Shown: piece by piece, positions 11,067-21,352 of the stretch
How positions within the stretch are numbered: the first letter of the stretch is position 1
How the letters are laid out: each line of letters starts with the position of its first letter
IMG/VR virus record: IMGVR_UViG_3300037294_000266
Location: 202,647-266,646 of that record
Length of the DNA stretch: 64,000 nucleotides
Reading direction: 5' to 3' (one strand)
Notes under the pieces: generated by a model
Databases searched by the model: none
The model's input: only the letters and a program-made list of their open reading frames with translations
What the model was told of the DNA's origin: nothing
Position numbers and translations under genes: made by a program

Positions 11067-11597
11067 ATGTCCAGTATCATTCCACTTGATGACGACCTAA
11101 TGCCGGTCGGCGACAACGAGTTCTTGGGTGAACCGCCCATGATCATTGACGAATCGGTTGACCCGTCGGCGGTGATCAAGACCACTCAAAGCATTCGTAT
11201 CGCCATGGCTAAGAAACACTTGCAAGCAGGTATTCCTACAGTCGGTGAAGAAACACGTGATTTCCTAATGCTTCTTCGAGACCTGGATGGTGCAGCACTG
11301 ACCACCCGTAAGATCGATGTTGAAGAACGAAGCATCGGTGAGTCTGAACGTCTCGCTCAGGCACAGAACGAATTGCTACGCATGCTTAACGGCAGCAACC
11401 CATTCGTATCTATCGACCTTCCAGGCAGTCCTTCATTGATCACAGTACATCGTGAATCGACTTCAGGGCTATTGCCTAAACCGGTTCTGGTGCCAGGACT
11501 TACTGCTCAAGGGACTCAGCCGGTAGATACCGACAAGTTCCTCAATGCTATTTCCGAAGCAGAAAACGCTGCTCAGGAAGACGCCGACTCCGATTGA
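11067..11597 (+). CDS. Hypothetical protein
   Basis: 176-aa ORF with RBS ggag upstream. Confidence 0.6.
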   Translation: MSSIIPLDDDLMPVGDNEFLGEPPMIIDESVDPSAVIKTTQSIRIAMAKKHLQAGIPTVGEETRDFLMLLRDLDGAALTTRKIDVEERSIGESERLAQAQNELLRMLNGSNPFVSIDLPGSPSLITVHRESTSGLLPKPVLVPGLTAQGTQPVDTDKFLNAISEAENAAQEDADSD

Positions 11598-12346
11598 AGC
11601 CCTACCTCATCAGGAAGGGAATAGGTGCCAGGGAGCAGAAAGCAGAAGTCGCACACTGGGATGTGTTCCAGGTGAATGTATTCTTCCATGATCATTTCAA
11701 ACTGACCATGGCGGTCTTCTGGTTTAAACGTCCCTTCATGCTCTTCGATCACTCTCTCCCCAGGCTCTTCAACAAAGAGCCTGGGGAGTATGACGGCTAG
11801 CCCATTGAGTCGCTTAATGAGCAACGTCGAATGATGCAGCTCTAACCAACTATGAAAGTCATAGGTGATCCAACCATTGTACCGGTATTCGATGTTATCG
11901 GGAGTCATGTTGGCAGGAGAAATACTAACGGTCTTCGTGACAACGTAAGGTGGGAGGAGGTTATCCAGACAGCCTCTGATTGTTTCTGCAATTGGGCCGG
12001 GAACAACGTAAGGCCATAGATTAAGATCAATCGAAATAGAGCTCACGTCCACGCCACGGAACAGCCGTTCTTTAAGGCCTTCTATGTAGTGCATGAGGAT
12101 AGGTACAATGCCTGTCGTTACACTCTTTGAGAGGGTCTCGATATTGCGCGCTTTGTATTTCTCGAGGTAGTCAACTTGCTTGATATGTCCTCCGGTTAAC
12201 TTCTCGAAATCATCCATCTTCCGATCACGGTAATCGTGGATAGGTAGATGCTTGGAGATGTTGTCGTCCAACATGATCAACGTCCCCATGCGGGTGTCAA
12301 ACAATGCATCGACATCCAGCAAAAGATTAAACGCACTGTCGTTCAT
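11573..12346 (-). CDS. Hypothetical protein with HAD-like N-terminal DxD motif
   Basis: LLLDVDALFDTRMGTL resembles HAD motif I; other motifs not evident. Confidence 0.45.
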   Translation of the reverse strand: MNDSAFNLLLDVDALFDTRMGTLIMLDDNISKHLPIHDYRDRKMDDFEKLTGGHIKQVDYLEKYKARNIETLSKSVTTGIVPILMHYIEGLKERLFRGVDVSSISIDLNLWPYVVPGPIAETIRGCLDNLLPPYVVTKTVSISPANMTPDNIEYRYNGWITYDFHSWLELHHSTLLIKRLNGLAVILPRLFVEEPGERVIEEHEGTFKPEDRHGQFEMIMEEYIHLEHIPVCDFCFLLPGTYSLPDEVGLQSESASS

Positions 12347-12370
12347 AGATCACCTTAGGTATTATCAAAT

Positions 12371-12389
12371 AGATAATGTATCGTTGTAA
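12371..12389 (-). promoter_or_regulatory. Candidate phage early-type promoter
   Basis: Minus strand TTACAACGATACATTATCT, similar to motifs at 45973-45991 and 63817-63836; ~25 nt upstream of the 12346 start. Confidence 0.4.
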
Positions 12390-12392
12390 TAA

Positions 12393-12881
12393 TTACTGTT
12401 CGATATCTGACATTGCCAGCAGAATGAGAAACACCATCCAGTAATTTGTTTTAAGTATTCCAGTAAACGTAGACGCTGGAGCGCTGTACTGCTTGTGGTC
12501 AACAGGTACCAGAATTGCGCGACTCGGCCATGTCAATGCACCAGCCAAGTGATCGATAAACGAGTTGTAGTCTGCCTCGCTCATCGGGTTGTGAAGCATC
12601 ATGTACGTGCAGCCTGTCATGACATAATCGAACATACTGGCTTTTACTTCAGTATCTTCAATATCACGATCCACATAACGGAGCCAGAGCTTTTCCAGCT
12701 CTGGCTCCGTATGTACAGAGAACCACCGAATACGACGAAGTTCCATTAGATCTTCGCGTAGAAAGCCGTCTCTCAGACCGAGGACAGTGCATGCCGGATC
12801 GTTCAGGAAGATGTCAGTCCACTTCTTAATCGAAGTAGTCAGGCCTTCAAGAGTTTTACGATCGCTATCGGCAAAAGCCAT
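12393..12881 (-). CDS. Hypothetical protein
   Basis: 162-aa ORF directly downstream of the RNAP fragment. Confidence 0.6.
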   Translation of the reverse strand: MAFADSDRKTLEGLTTSIKKWTDIFLNDPACTVLGLRDGFLREDLMELRRIRWFSVHTEPELEKLWLRYVDRDIEDTEVKASMFDYVMTGCTYMMLHNPMSEADYNSFIDHLAGALTWPSRAILVPVDHKQYSAPASTFTGILKTNYWMVFLILLAMSDIEQ

Positions 12882-12883
12882 GT

Positions 12884-13585
12884 TTACACCTCGTCAATAT
12901 TGTTATCAATCAACATGCCACGATAAAGGATCGAGACGGTCGATGTAGCTTGGGTAACGCCACCATGACTGGTTACGTCTTCGATACTTACTTCCCCGTG
13001 TTCTATCAGCTGACGATCGAATTCGCCTTGAGACACACGATCACCCCCACGCACTTTAATCTCTTCAATGAGAGTGTGCTCGAGACCGTGTGACAACTGA
13101 GCCTGTACTTCAGGAAATGAAATCTTAGAGCCCTTAGACTTGCCGGTTACCTGGCCAGACATTTCATCCACATGACGCGCGTCTGCTGGGATGGAGGACT
13201 TCTTGGTCAGCATCTGTGCCTGACGACGAATCGTCATGTGTAAGGACAGGTACTTTTGAGGTGTTAGAAAAACAATCCCCGTGTGAGGATCGGTCAGCCA
13301 CAGTTGTTCGAAGAACTGATGTCCGATTTTGTCAGCCACCACCATGAGGTTATCCATCGTTACCCGTGGATCCTTCAAGTTCGGTGAAACAAACGGAAGG
13401 ATTTCTTGGTTGATTAGATCATCATCATTGGCAGGACGAGCGAGCGCTCGAATGTACGTATCGAAATCAGCGTCAGACATGGCATCAAGACGTTGCTTGG
13501 TCAGGTCGGCGTTGAAGCTATCACCTGGAATAATGCCTGAAACCGAATCGACGATGAAGGCGGTGACTTGTTGACGACTGGCCAT
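12884..13585 (-). CDS. rpoB: Virion RNA polymerase beta subunit, C-terminal fragment (phiKZ gp149-like)
   Basis: GQVTGKSKGSKISFPEVQAQLSHGLEHTLIEEIKVRGGD aligns with the RpoB C-terminal QPLGGKAQFGGQRFGEME...TLQEMLTVKSDD region. Start moved to MASRQQ (ATG 13585, RBS gagga). Confidence 0.8.
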   Translation of the reverse strand: MASRQQVTAFIVDSVSGIIPGDSFNADLTKQRLDAMSDADFDTYIRALARPANDDDLINQEILPFVSPNLKDPRVTMDNLMVVADKIGHQFFEQLWLTDPHTGIVFLTPQKYLSLHMTIRRQAQMLTKKSSIPADARHVDEMSGQVTGKSKGSKISFPEVQAQLSHGLEHTLIEEIKVRGGDRVSQGEFDRQLIEHGEVSIEDVTSHGGVTQATSTVSILYRGMLIDNNIDEV

Positions 13586-13595
13586 GACAGTTTCC

Positions 13596-13880
13596 TCAAG
13601 AAGCGGCTGGAAGACCATGTTGGATGATGGTTGGAAGAACCAGGTTTTTAAAGTGGCGCAACCAATCACGTGGTTCAATATCGTCTACCAGACAAGTGCG
13701 GGCAGAGATGGTTGAAGCGTGAAGCGCGGCTAACTGAGTGCGCCAGTAGCGATTGAGATCACTGATCTCATCTTTCTCATTGGCAGCCTTCGATTGGAAG
13801 TTACGCGTGAACCGAGTAGCAGCACTCGGGTTTTCCATGGCGATCATATCAACCACGGCAGTGACTATATTGTTAGTCAT
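13596..13880 (-). CDS. Small conserved hypothetical protein
   Basis: 94-aa ORF between UvsX and the RNAP fragment, RBS ggagg. Confidence 0.6.
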   Translation of the reverse strand: MTNNIVTAVVDMIAMENPSAATRFTRNFQSKAANEKDEISDLNRYWRTQLAALHASTISARTCLVDDIEPRDWLRHFKNLVLPTIIQHGLPAAS

Positions 13881-13945
13881 GGGAGGTCCTCCCGTTTGAG
13901 TTAAGGAATGAGAGCTGACATGGAGTCACATCAGCCCTCAGATAA

Positions 13946-15505
13946 TTAGACTGCTTTAGCAGCCTGACGTTCAGCAATTGCTTTAATGAGATCTGCAGCG
14001 ATTACTGGTTTAGCAGCAGTACCAGCAGATGCTTCCGAGGCAGTGGCGATTGCAGCCGTTGCCTTAGCCTTAGCTTTAACAGCAGCGTCATACCAGTACG
14101 GACGATACGTACCCGCGCGCATGTTCAGCAGATCCATCGTGGACAGGAAAGGAATATCTGCGTAGACACCCTTCTCTTCCAGAGGCAGCCAGAAACCGCG
14201 TGTATCAAGCAGTAGTTCCCAGTCGTACCCTTTCTCTAACAGATCGGTGTAAAGCTCTTTAGGGTCGCACAGGAGGCCTGCTGGGAGCTCATGCCACAGA
14301 TTGCCCATCATGCAGAGTTCTGCGGTGACGTTCATGGCTCGTTTAAGGCGAGAATCTACCTCAAGCAACGTCCGGATTGATTTACGGGTCAGGTTGACTG
14401 ACGGGTGTAGGTCAAGGCGGAAGTTTGGTTTGCCCTTAGCCTTGTTACCGTCCTTGTCCGAGATACCGAAGTAGTCGAAACCTTTGCAGTAAACGAATTC
14501 AGTCAGTTCTGGCTTAAGGCCTTCAGATTGAGACACCACCACTTCAAACGGAACACCTGATGGACCTGACTTACCGCGCAGGTTAACCATGGTAATGCAG
14601 ATGAGGTCGGTATCGCCTTTCAGATCGTCTTCGTCGCTACGTGGGAACTCAGGAAGCTTATCGCCATCGAGCATCGGGGATAGCGAGACACAGTACCAGC
14701 AATTCGCTGTAAGGAAGCTGAAGTTCTCAGGTACCTTCTTAAGCTTCAGGTCGCCCTTAAGGAACTTAAGACGCTTGACGTTCGGCTTGTACATGTCCAA
14801 CTGGTATTCTTGACCAACGTGAGCGGTCATGAGAAGATGAAGACCCGAACCGCTGGTCACACCCGTTACCTGATCGATCAACTGGCTCTTAGCACCAGCG
14901 CCTTTCATGGCAACCATGTTCAATTCTTTACCACCAACCTGACCTTTCTCGTACATGTCCATAACACCTTCAGTCTGAAGACCGGAAAGGCTGTCAAGGA
15001 ATGCCAGAGTAGGGCTAGGGATCTTCACGAGCTCTTTAGACGTCTCATCGACGAATGGCGTGGTGATCATGATGCTTTTGTCAGCACGTCGCGCAGCGGC
15101 GTACTCACGCATCACTGTCCACCACTCGTTACCAGTATAGGTAGACGCATCGGTGAACAGTAGACGGCCGGCGTCGATCAGGTTGTTGCCAAATAGCTCA
15201 GGGAACTGACTGAACACGTTCTGAATACGACCTGGTGACAACGTATTCTCTGAGTCATGTGCCATCATAATGGCCAACGATACTCGGTTCATTACCGAAC
15301 CCAACTGAAACAGAGAGATAACGGTTTTAAACATGTTAGGCAGACCAGCTACCCCAGTGAAGTGGTTAAGACCACCACACAAGATCGACTCGCCATATTT
15401 GCCTTTGTAATACTTGCCGGTCTGGATATCAAAGAGAGCACCGATGTTCCACATTGGGCGAAGTGACGGTGCCTGCTTGAATATTGCAAATGGGTTGCTA
15501 GACAT
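13946..15505 (-). CDS. uvsX: UvsX/RecA-like recombinase (phiKZ gp152-like)
   Basis: Walker A-like TGVAGLPNMFKT, Walker B-like AFLDSLSGL, and RecA-like LLMTAHVGQ. Confidence 0.8.
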   Translation of the reverse strand: MSSNPFAIFKQAPSLRPMWNIGALFDIQTGKYYKGKYGESILCGGLNHFTGVAGLPNMFKTVISLFQLGSVMNRVSLAIMMAHDSENTLSPGRIQNVFSQFPELFGNNLIDAGRLLFTDASTYTGNEWWTVMREYAAARRADKSIMITTPFVDETSKELVKIPSPTLAFLDSLSGLQTEGVMDMYEKGQVGGKELNMVAMKGAGAKSQLIDQVTGVTSGSGLHLLMTAHVGQEYQLDMYKPNVKRLKFLKGDLKLKKVPENFSFLTANCWYCVSLSPMLDGDKLPEFPRSDEDDLKGDTDLICITMVNLRGKSGPSGVPFEVVVSQSEGLKPELTEFVYCKGFDYFGISDKDGNKAKGKPNFRLDLHPSVNLTRKSIRTLLEVDSRLKRAMNVTAELCMMGNLWHELPAGLLCDPKELYTDLLEKGYDWELLLDTRGFWLPLEEKGVYADIPFLSTMDLLNMRAGTYRPYWYDAAVKAKAKATAAIATASEASAGTAAKPVIAADLIKAIAERQAAKAV

Positions 15506-15587
15506 GGTGTCGTTATTCCAATGGTTGAGTAGCAGTTATTGCGCAAACGATATGAAAAATTACTTTCTTTTAACACGGAGTCATTAG

Positions 15588-16418
15588 ATGAGCATCGACC
15601 TTTCCAGCAGCTTTGACACAGTCTCTTTTGAAGAACTGGAAAAGCTTGCACATGTGATTTCCATGGAGTCTGGTGTGCAGACCAGTCTGGCATTCGACCC
15701 TAAGCGTCGGTTTGACCAGTTCTTCACTCGCGCCAGTATCTTTTTCAAGAGCATTCAGATCCCTGTCTTGAATTCCATTAAGCTCATGTCCAATGACATG
15801 AACACCTTGGTATCACGAGTAGGTTTCGTGAACGCTACAGGTAAGGACGTCATCGTTCCTGAAGGCTTCATTGGCCAATGGCTGCCGTACAGTGCATCAC
15901 TTAAAGAGCAGATGAACAAAGCCAGCAAGGTTGAGTTCATGGTGCGTGCATTGAATGACACCCTCGGTCGTCTTCTTAATGACCCTGACCAGCTCAAGTC
16001 GCTTTCAGGCGTTGGCCATACTGGTCCTAGCTCACTCGGTCTTGATGAAGGCATGCGCGCCATTGCTTCCACTTACTTCGACGGTAAGAGCAATCACATC
16101 AACCGTTCATTCGGTTCTGTGATCGAACGTGCTGCCGACATCCCTGCTGTACACAACAACATTAACGATGCCACGGCAATGGACAAAGCCCATCCTGCTA
16201 AGAAAGCGTTGGTTGCAGTTGAACGTACCATGCAGTTGGCTGACAGTCTCATTCCGTATGTCTCAGGCGAGACAGGCGTGTCTAAGGCAGTCATGCAGGA
16301 ATTGATCGATCTGACTCTCCAGATCGCTCGTGAAATGGAAGCCTACGGCGTCCTGCTGTTCCGCATTCGTCAGTTTTCAGAAGCGCTTAAAGACAGCGTT
16401 AAAGAACTGAAAAAATAA
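15588..16418 (+). CDS. Virion head protein (gp153-like)
   Basis: N-terminal S-x-E sites (VSFE, ISME) typical of phiKZ prohead-protease substrates; adjacent to UvsX. Confidence 0.55.
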   Translation: MSIDLSSSFDTVSFEELEKLAHVISMESGVQTSLAFDPKRRFDQFFTRASIFFKSIQIPVLNSIKLMSNDMNTLVSRVGFVNATGKDVIVPEGFIGQWLPYSASLKEQMNKASKVEFMVRALNDTLGRLLNDPDQLKSLSGVGHTGPSSLGLDEGMRAIASTYFDGKSNHINRSFGSVIERAADIPAVHNNINDATAMDKAHPAKKALVAVERTMQLADSLIPYVSGETGVSKAVMQELIDLTLQIAREMEAYGVLLFRIRQFSEALKDSVKELKK

Positions 16419-16425
16419 GATGGCA

Positions 16426-16469
16426 GCATAAAATCGATGGGAGGGCACAAGTCCCTCCCATCTATGCCG
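16426..16469. terminator. Bidirectional hairpin
   Basis: gcata...gatgggaggg-cacaagt-ccctcccatc-tatgccg between convergent genes. Confidence 0.75.
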
Positions 16470-16471
16470 CA

Positions 16472-16852
16472 TTATGCAAGTTGCTCGTGGTACTGGGTTT
16501 GGCGTAAGACCCGTTCCACGTCACGCAGCATTGTTTCACGGTCGATGTATCGAAGCCAACGAGGCATCTTTCCGTAGACAAGTTCAACCGCTTGTTTATA
16601 GTCACCATCTTCACAACACTTAACAACCTGATCAACCATTTTGTCTTTCCAGAGAACTGGGCAGACCATGGCTGGGAATGAAAGTGAGTTAGGATTGTTC
16701 ACCAGGTAAAACAACCTGTTGAATTCCGTGAGGATGGAGTCAGAGGGGTTGTAGTTCCGTATAAGCCGGAAGTAGAGGCTAGCCACGAACAACGTCCGTT
16801 TGAACGTAGCCCAGAACCCGTGTGATTGATTAATCGCAACAGACCGGTACAT
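16472..16852 (-). CDS. Hypothetical protein
   Basis: 126-aa ORF downstream of RNase H. Confidence 0.55.
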   Translation of the reverse strand: MYRSVAINQSHGFWATFKRTLFVASLYFRLIRNYNPSDSILTEFNRLFYLVNNPNSLSFPAMVCPVLWKDKMVDQVVKCCEDGDYKQAVELVYGKMPRWLRYIDRETMLRDVERVLRQTQYHEQLA

Positions 16853-16862
16853 AAATGTCCCT

Positions 16863-18365
16863 TCAGTTCACGAGCTTGAAGTTGCCGAACGGACTGGCCC
16901 ATATCCCAACGTCTTCACCCACCTCTATCACAGTCGCATAGCGAATGACAGAAGACGATTCACGCCAGGTAATGACCACCACTCGCTTTACATCTTCAGC
17001 GAGAGCCGACAGCGCGTTTCTACCAATGATGTCAGAACCCACAATCAATCTGACTTTCGTCTTCTCAACTGGGACTTCTTCCATCGCCCTGAGTTCCCGT
17101 GCGAACGAGGTATTGTAGTTCACGCTCACGTCGAGGTGTTTAACCGCGTTCGTGACGTCCTTACGGAGCTTGCGTGATGCGATACCTTTCTTCTCGACGG
17201 TCTCATAGAGTAGGTCAGTAAGATCGGTTATAATAACCGACTTGTCCTGAGCAATATACATGTCCAGCGTTTCAGACATATTCTCCAAGTGATCGACGTT
17301 ATAGAAGTACAATCCTGTCGGCGTGGCGTGGTGAATCAGTGGCATCCGCTTGTCTGTCTGCAGACTCTGATTGGCCTTATTTCCCCGGAATACATTCAGG
17401 CCGAAACGCATGATGTCTTCAGTGGCTTTGGCATTCGTGATATTGCGCATGGCGCCTACATACAGACTGCCGACCTGCATCTTGTCGAGAGCGATGAAGT
17501 GATCACGAATCTTCTCAAGTACGTCAATAGGCGACTTGAGATAGAGTACTGCGTTGGAACTGTCAGACTGTGGCTTGGAGACGTCTTCGTCGTCGCCGTG
17601 CTGTCCTGTCCAATATACATGCCGACCGTCTTTAGACATCCGACGATCTGCTGCAATTGAACTGAAATACCACTTTGGCTGATCAAGGATGCGGTTGTAG
17701 TTCGGTGCAGACTTCCAATAACCCTCTGGCTTGTCTTCAAACTTGTAGGTGAGGTCGTAGCCACTCAGCCCAATGCAATTGCCCTTACCTGCCCATTGGT
17801 CAGCCATCTCGTTGCCATGGTGACCATTATGGCCTTTGATCCACGCAAGCTTGACTTCGCTCTTTGCAGTAGCGAGATCGTTGAGCAGTGCATCAACAGC
17901 CAACCAATCTTTCTTGTTCGATACTTCAGTTCCATTGCGGGTCATCCAGCCATTCTGCTTCCAGCGGGGAATGTACTGATTGATGCCCTTGACTACATAT
18001 TCCGAATCGGAATAAATCAGCGTGTGGTTCAACCCTTTCTCAAGGGCATAGGTCAACGCTTCCTTTGCAGCCAACAGTTCCGTGTGGTTATTGCTATTAG
18101 CATTGGGAACACCACCGAAACTGTCTACGTAATTCAAGATGCTGACAGCGTTCGTCTCATCCTTTGTATCCGAATAGCCTTCTGCAGTCGGTGTCGAGTT
18201 TGGAACACCGCTGCCCTTGGCTTTGTCTGGCATAGGACCTGGCGTAAACACGTAACCGTGTACACCCCAACCACCTGCCCGCTCACTGCTGTAGTAACCA
18301 CCATCGGCGTAAAGAATACCGTTATAGGTGATAGCACTTATTGTATCGTTAGAGTCAGACATCAT
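16863..18365 (-). CDS. rnhA: Ribonuclease HI with long C-terminal extension
   Basis: ILYADGG, NNHTELLAA, IYSDSEYVVKGI...WKQNGW, WIKGHNGHHGNEMADQWA: all RNase HI catalytic motifs. Confidence 0.9.
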   Translation of the reverse strand: MMSDSNDTISAITYNGILYADGGYYSSERAGGWGVHGYVFTPGPMPDKAKGSGVPNSTPTAEGYSDTKDETNAVSILNYVDSFGGVPNANSNNHTELLAAKEALTYALEKGLNHTLIYSDSEYVVKGINQYIPRWKQNGWMTRNGTEVSNKKDWLAVDALLNDLATAKSEVKLAWIKGHNGHHGNEMADQWAGKGNCIGLSGYDLTYKFEDKPEGYWKSAPNYNRILDQPKWYFSSIAADRRMSKDGRHVYWTGQHGDDEDVSKPQSDSSNAVLYLKSPIDVLEKIRDHFIALDKMQVGSLYVGAMRNITNAKATEDIMRFGLNVFRGNKANQSLQTDKRMPLIHHATPTGLYFYNVDHLENMSETLDMYIAQDKSVIITDLTDLLYETVEKKGIASRKLRKDVTNAVKHLDVSVNYNTSFARELRAMEEVPVEKTKVRLIVGSDIIGRNALSALAEDVKRVVVITWRESSSVIRYATVIEVGEDVGIWASPFGNFKLVN

Positions 18366-18784
18366 GGTACCTTGGTCAATTGGCCTACGTCTCCTGTTCC
18401 CATGTTATACCCAAGATCCTTTTTCAAAAACTCAATCGAGTTAGACTGGCACTTGGAATTGTAACGCAGGATGTCTTCTTCGATGAATCTATCCTCTTGA
18501 TACATGTACGATTTGAGTTTCTCAGCGTACGTCAGGAGGACATCATTGACTTCAGAAGGACTCAGGTTGTGAAGATTGATCTTAGGGAACTGAGGCTTGG
18601 CATGACCAAGCCTAGGTGTCCTTACAAACTCCTCACATGTGGACGATTCTTGTTGAGCACCAAGGACAAAGAAGCTGGAGGTGCTGTTGTCGATGTGTTG
18701 AATGATAGAGCATGATCCGAGAGAGACAGATATCCAGAATGCTCCGAATATCCGCCCTCCTGAAAAGATGTCAGTAACTTTCAT
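18362..18784 (-). CDS. Putative lipoprotein, candidate o-spanin
   Basis: Hydrophobic signal followed by lipobox-like LGSC at Cys25; Pro-containing segment; directly downstream of a single-TM coiled-coil gene. Confidence 0.5.
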   Translation of the reverse strand: MKVTDIFSGGRIFGAFWISVSLGSCSIIQHIDNSTSSFFVLGAQQESSTCEEFVRTPRLGHAKPQFPKINLHNLSPSEVNDVLLTYAEKLKSYMYQEDRFIEEDILRYNSKCQSNSIEFLKKDLGYNMGTGDVGQLTKVP

Positions 18785-18793
18785 GGTTGAGAC

Positions 18794-19267
18794 CTATTCA
18801 CTAAGTCTCCTCCACCGCTCGGCTAATTCGTTCGATGGAGGACGTGTAGCTGCTGGTTTGTCACCCGGAGCTTTTGGGTTCGGCTGACGTGTTGGTCGGC
18901 TGCTAGGGCCTGGACTAACTTCTTTTGTAATTGCTGGTACTGGGTTACTCTTAAGTTCATAGTACCTTTCCTTATACCATGCAACTTGCTCGGTCAGGAG
19001 AGGTAATTTGTTGTCAAGCTCCAGTTGTAGACTAGCCTGTATACGAACGTGTTCCTCGATCCGCAGTTCCTGATCGCGTACGATCATATATAGATTACCG
19101 AACAGAAGCGTCATGCTCAGGAACCCAGTGTACGCGATAATCAGAGGTATGTTCTCGTTAACAAACTGTCGAAATGTCCTATCACGCAACCACATTTCCC
19201 TTAGGAAAAGTGCCAGCGCTTTCAGCACTTTGAACAGTGTAGTGAATCCCATATCTTCTCGATACAC
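18794..19267 (-). CDS. Single-TM coiled-coil membrane protein, candidate i-spanin
   Basis: TM IPLIIAYTGFLSMTLLFGNLYMIV, then predicted helix/coiled coil and a Pro-rich C-terminus. Confidence 0.5.
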   Translation of the reverse strand: MYREDMGFTTLFKVLKALALFLREMWLRDRTFRQFVNENIPLIIAYTGFLSMTLLFGNLYMIVRDQELRIEEHVRIQASLQLELDNKLPLLTEQVAWYKERYYELKSNPVPAITKEVSPGPSSRPTRQPNPKAPGDKPAATRPPSNELAERWRRLSE

Positions 19268-19326
19268 CCTATTACCTAAAATGGTATGGACGTTTCTAGT
19301 TTTTATTAACGATTGTCATAAGGTAC

Positions 19327-20700
19327 GTGGCATTCCTCCCGGAGACAAGCATGTATAAATTAAAGGCTTTTGGTCAGATTGCAGCACTGATCGACAACAC
19401 CCGTACCATCGTGGCACCCGTAGGCGAACTCTCGCCAATGGCCCTCACTTACGCCCGTGAAAAGGAATACCTAAACTCTGCCGCAGCCCCTGGGCATACG
19501 CTGGTGGTGTTCTCTTCTACGCAAGATGGTGAGGTGGTTCAGGCAGACCCTGTCTTAGCCGCACGATTGTTGCTCATTAACAAATGGACTTACGAACAAG
19601 CATTGGGTGGGAGCTTTAATCCATCCACTGAATCGTTCCGTACAAAGTTCATCCAGCAGTTTGGTACGCAGTACGCGTTGTGGTCCATTGGTGCGATGGT
19701 TGAAGCAACCCCTAACGTCTATCTCCCAGGGGTAATCAACCTGCGCGATATCGCCAATGATGAGCTTCAGTACACCATCTGGTACGCCACTGAGATCTTC
19801 GAACAACAGTTTGACGAATATGAGATCAAGGTAGTTCCGCCGATCGATGAACTCGATGCGTTCTTCCTAGGGCGTACTGTTGTCAAGAGTGCTTTGGCTG
19901 CCCGCACGCCTGATGAAACCATGGACTTCATCCAACAGGCTAAGGAAGGGTATCCTGAAACGTATCTTCAAGCAGAAATGTTTGAATGGTTCGATCCGGT
20001 TAATCCAACCGATAAGTTATTGCGCATTCCTACTTACTGGAGTGTCGTCATTTACGGTCTCGCTGGCCGTAACGTCGATGCTATCAAAGAAGCGATCCGT
20101 GAACACATCCTGGACAACAGCGAACACACGAAAGAAGAATGGGCTGCTATCTTTCCTGAGATCTTCACATCGACCGAGTTCATCTTCGTTCCGATGTGGA
20201 AACTGTACGCCATTCCCAACCGTGAACTGGAAGCTGGCATGTACAGCTCTGTCGTCAATGCCTTCGCAGCCGTAGAGGAACTGAAACGTCTCGTACGTGG
20301 CGAAGGTTATACTGACGCATTCATTGAGGACAAGGCAGAGATCTTTGGTGCAGCTCACCGTGCGATCAGTGTGGCTGTAACAGGCGGACCTTACAACCGT
20401 GACGACATCACGAACTTCGTCCAACGTTATCCTGACTATATCAACGTAGATACGACAAGTGTCGACTTCATGCGCATGAGTCCGGAGACCCGACGGCTGG
20501 TTCTCACGTTAGGTGGGATGATGGTCGTGGCCGAATCGATGACACCCGATTCGGCAGTACCTATCCAATACACCCGACTTGTTCGTGAGGGCGTACTGTA
20601 CGTAGCTGCTACGCTGGATCGTTTCCAGTTGATCGTAGCCAGTAAGTACTCTGCTAACGACAACAGTTTACTAGAAGATTCTGGCGAGCCTGGGATCTGA
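19327..20700 (+). CDS. Virion structural protein (gp157-like)
   Basis: 457-aa ORF; size and position match phiKZ-like synteny as recalled. Confidence 0.55.
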   Translation: MAFLPETSMYKLKAFGQIAALIDNTRTIVAPVGELSPMALTYAREKEYLNSAAAPGHTLVVFSSTQDGEVVQADPVLAARLLLINKWTYEQALGGSFNPSTESFRTKFIQQFGTQYALWSIGAMVEATPNVYLPGVINLRDIANDELQYTIWYATEIFEQQFDEYEIKVVPPIDELDAFFLGRTVVKSALAARTPDETMDFIQQAKEGYPETYLQAEMFEWFDPVNPTDKLLRIPTYWSVVIYGLAGRNVDAIKEAIREHILDNSEHTKEEWAAIFPEIFTSTEFIFVPMWKLYAIPNRELEAGMYSSVVNAFAAVEELKRLVRGEGYTDAFIEDKAEIFGAAHRAISVAVTGGPYNRDDITNFVQRYPDYINVDTTSVDFMRMSPETRRLVLTLGGMMVVAESMTPDSAVPIQYTRLVREGVLYVAATLDRFQLIVASKYSANDNSLLEDSGEPGI

Positions 20701-20746
20701 AAGTAAGACAGTGGGGCATCCGCCCCACTTAATCGATGAGGTAGTT

Positions 20747-21352
20747 ATGCGTATCCATCTTGCAGGTGCTGCTGGGTTTTTAAAGAGAGCCAGAGGTGTT
20801 ATTGGTGAGACCCTTACAGGAGGGAATCTGACACTTGGGTTCTATGGCGAGATCCCTGCTGCGAATTTCATCACAGGCGATCTATTAGCAACTAAGATCG
20901 GTATGGCTGCTGGCGCTGGCGCCAAGCGTTACAGTAATGAACCTTGGCTTAAATTTGCATATCAGGGTAAGACATTGTACGTCGCCAAGAAACATGTCCG
21001 CGTGGCGATAACCTGGGATAGCCTAAATGGCTTGGGTTCGGTGTTCGGGCAGAAGACAGTAGTCATCGGCGATAAGACTTATAAAGTTCGTATCCTTACT
21101 GGCAACGCTGGTTTTGAGTTCGACAAGTTATTTGAGCGAGTACATCGCAGCGGTACTGTAACTCCTAAGTTCGCTGACTATTTAGCGGAAGATCTTGACA
21201 TGGGACCTATCTACTCTCTATGTCAAGAAACTGTAACACTGTCGACATGGAGTGCGATCAGAAACAACATCCCAAGTGGTGTCAGCACCCAACCTAAAAA
21301 TACCACGGGTACAAACGTCGGATGGCGCCCAGTACTTGAATTAGTTGTCTGA
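20747..21352 (+). CDS. Virion protein of the phiKZ gp131-like paralog family
   Basis: EPWLKFAYQGKTLYVAKK...YKVRILTG...GWRPVLELV signature. Start moved to ATG 20747 with RBS gagg. Confidence 0.6.
   Translation: MRIHLAGAAGFLKRARGVIGETLTGGNLTLGFYGEIPAANFITGDLLATKIGMAAGAGAKRYSNEPWLKFAYQGKTLYVAKKHVRVAITWDSLNGLGSVFGQKTVVIGDKTYKVRILTGNAGFEFDKLFERVHRSGTVTPKFADYLAEDLDMGPIYSLCQETVTLSTWSAIRNNIPSGVSTQPKNTTGTNVGWRPVLELVV

Noticed and set aside
12884-13585. Split RNAP fragments as pseudogenes or novelty
   Set aside because: Split beta/beta' subunits are an established feature of phiKZ-like phages.
17796-18464. 222-aa + strand ORF
   Set aside because: Antisense shadow of RNase H.
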